Source: Macrostomum lignano (taxonomy: Eukaryota). From it: DNA of 64,000 nucleotides. Position 1 is the stretch's first letter. Each line of letters begins with the position of its first letter. Shown one piece after another: positions 62,593-64,000 of the stretch. The position numbers and the translations under genes are program-made. The stretch is from assembly GCA_002269645.1 (NCBI GenBank), contig NIVC01000056.1:310001-374000 (forward strand), in the 5' to 3' direction. Under the pieces are notes generated by a model. It was not told where the DNA came from. It saw only the letters and a program-made list of their open reading frames with translations, and did no database searches.

Positions 62593-63399
62593 TCAAGAAA
62601 GTGCAAGAAGTTCAAAAAGTCTTCGTTATCCTTCATGTCCTTCTGAGATGTGGAAAGTCTTGAGATCCAATTGAGTTCGCTGCTAGATACGTTGGCTAAA
62701 CTTTCGACAGGCAGATTGCCCCAGTTGATCGGATATGACGTCTGGTTCTTCATGGCCAAGCGAATGTAGCTATTTACGTTTTATTCTCTCTTTCTCTCCA
62801 CACCTCCTTCCTTTCCACCCTCTTAACCCCCAGCCTGTTTGCAACTTCGTTGTCTATGGCCCAAACTCCAGTAAACCACCTCAGTCTTTATGTCTCTCTC
62901 TCCTCGGTAACCCCTCTCTCCTTTCGATGCCCTTTTTGTCTATGGCCCCACTGAAATTCGACAATGCGGTTATTCGTAAGTGAGACTTTAGGATAATAGT
63001 CCGGCTCATGAGTGCGCACACTTACGAATAACCAACCATTACACCAGGCTGTGTCTTATGGACAATGGCGGAGTGGGGAAATGCCTGCGCCGATTATTGG
63101 ACAACAGGAAATGTTTTTTATTGCTGGGGGAATTGTGACTGACTTGGGACTGTTATTTCCCTTGTAAATAACAACTCAATAAGTAACTTCCTTGTAACGT
63201 GCATGAAATCCAGCAAGGTCTTCGCTAAGTCTATTTTGGCTCATTTCAAGCTGCGATTTGCAACCACTCCGGGCCAAAAATCGCTGTATTCATCTATTTT
63301 TCAGGCTTTTTAAAGCGAGGAAAATAGCTCAGATCTCAGGTCTCTGGCAACCATGATTCCAGATTTTTCTGTAAGACCAATTCCCTATTTCTCGTTTCT

Positions 63400-63872
63400 C
63401 CACTCCCCATTCCCCGATTCCCCATTTCCCATTCCCCGATTCCCCATTTCCCATTCCCCATTCCCCGATTCCCCATTTCCCATTCCCCATTCCCCGATTC
63501 CCCATTCCCCGATTCCCCATTTCCCGATTCCCCATTCCTCGATTCCCCGATTCCCCGATTCCCCATTCCCCGATTCCCCATTCCTCAATTCCCCATTCCC
63601 CGATTCCCCATTCCCCGATTCCCCATTCCCCGATTCCCCATTCCTCGATTCCCCGATTCCCCGATTCCCCATTCCCCGATTCCCCATTCCCCGATTCCCC
63701 ATTCCTCGATTCCCCGATTCCCCGATTCCCCATTCCCCGATTCCCCATTCCCCGATTCCCCATTCCCCGATTCCCCATTCCCCGATTCCCCATTCCTCGA
63801 TTCCCCGATTCCCCGATTCCCCATTCCCCGATTCCCCATTCCCCGATTCCCCATTTCCCGATTCCCCATTCC
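63400..63872. repeat. C-rich GATTCCCC/CATTCCCC short-period repeat
   Basis: Direct reading. Confidence 0.96.
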
Positions 63873-64000
63873 GCAATACCGCATACCGCAACCGCTACAG
63901 TCAGTTAATAATAATTATTTTTCTGGAGTCTGCTGTCTCGTAGACAATAAAATATGCCTAAAAAAACATATTTTCTCCCTGCACCTGGCCGCGTCTTGCG

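Overview
Eukaryotic (animal) genomic DNA. It has GC-rich spliced genes and introns packed with mini- and microsatellites, most consistent with a free-living flatworm such as Macrostomum (inference from composition only). Exon chains were reconstructed by hand from GT-AG junctions, and every complete CDS sums to a multiple of 3. Genes found: (1) a two-exon secreted peptide precursor missed by the ORF track (1290-2088 +), encoding 10 identical QVYFDPIDN copies separated by RKR sites; (2) a five-exon C2H2 zinc-finger protein fused to a catalytically truncated Crypton-type tyrosine-recombinase (DUF3504-like) domain (8610-21194 +); (3) STT3B (25363-33052 -); (4) a DDX21/DDX50-type nucleolar DEAD-box helicase (37552-41433 +); (5) NEMF/Rqc2 (42588-50498 +); (6) two tandem, intronless, paralogous secreted Cys-rich orphan proteins (51354-51815 and 53281-53733 -); (7) the last exon of a DEG/ENaC channel (59809-60861 -). 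Mobile elements: a Tc1 deletion derivative, two MITE-like elements, a Helitron with exact A|TC...CTAG|T junctions inside a NEMF intron minisatellite, a tRNA-headed CORE-type SINE and a Crypton-like recombinase remnant. An approximately 8 kb AT-rich, CpG-depleted domain is centred on a CpG-retaining divergent promoter between STT3B and DDX21. No rRNA, intact tRNA or CRISPR array was found.
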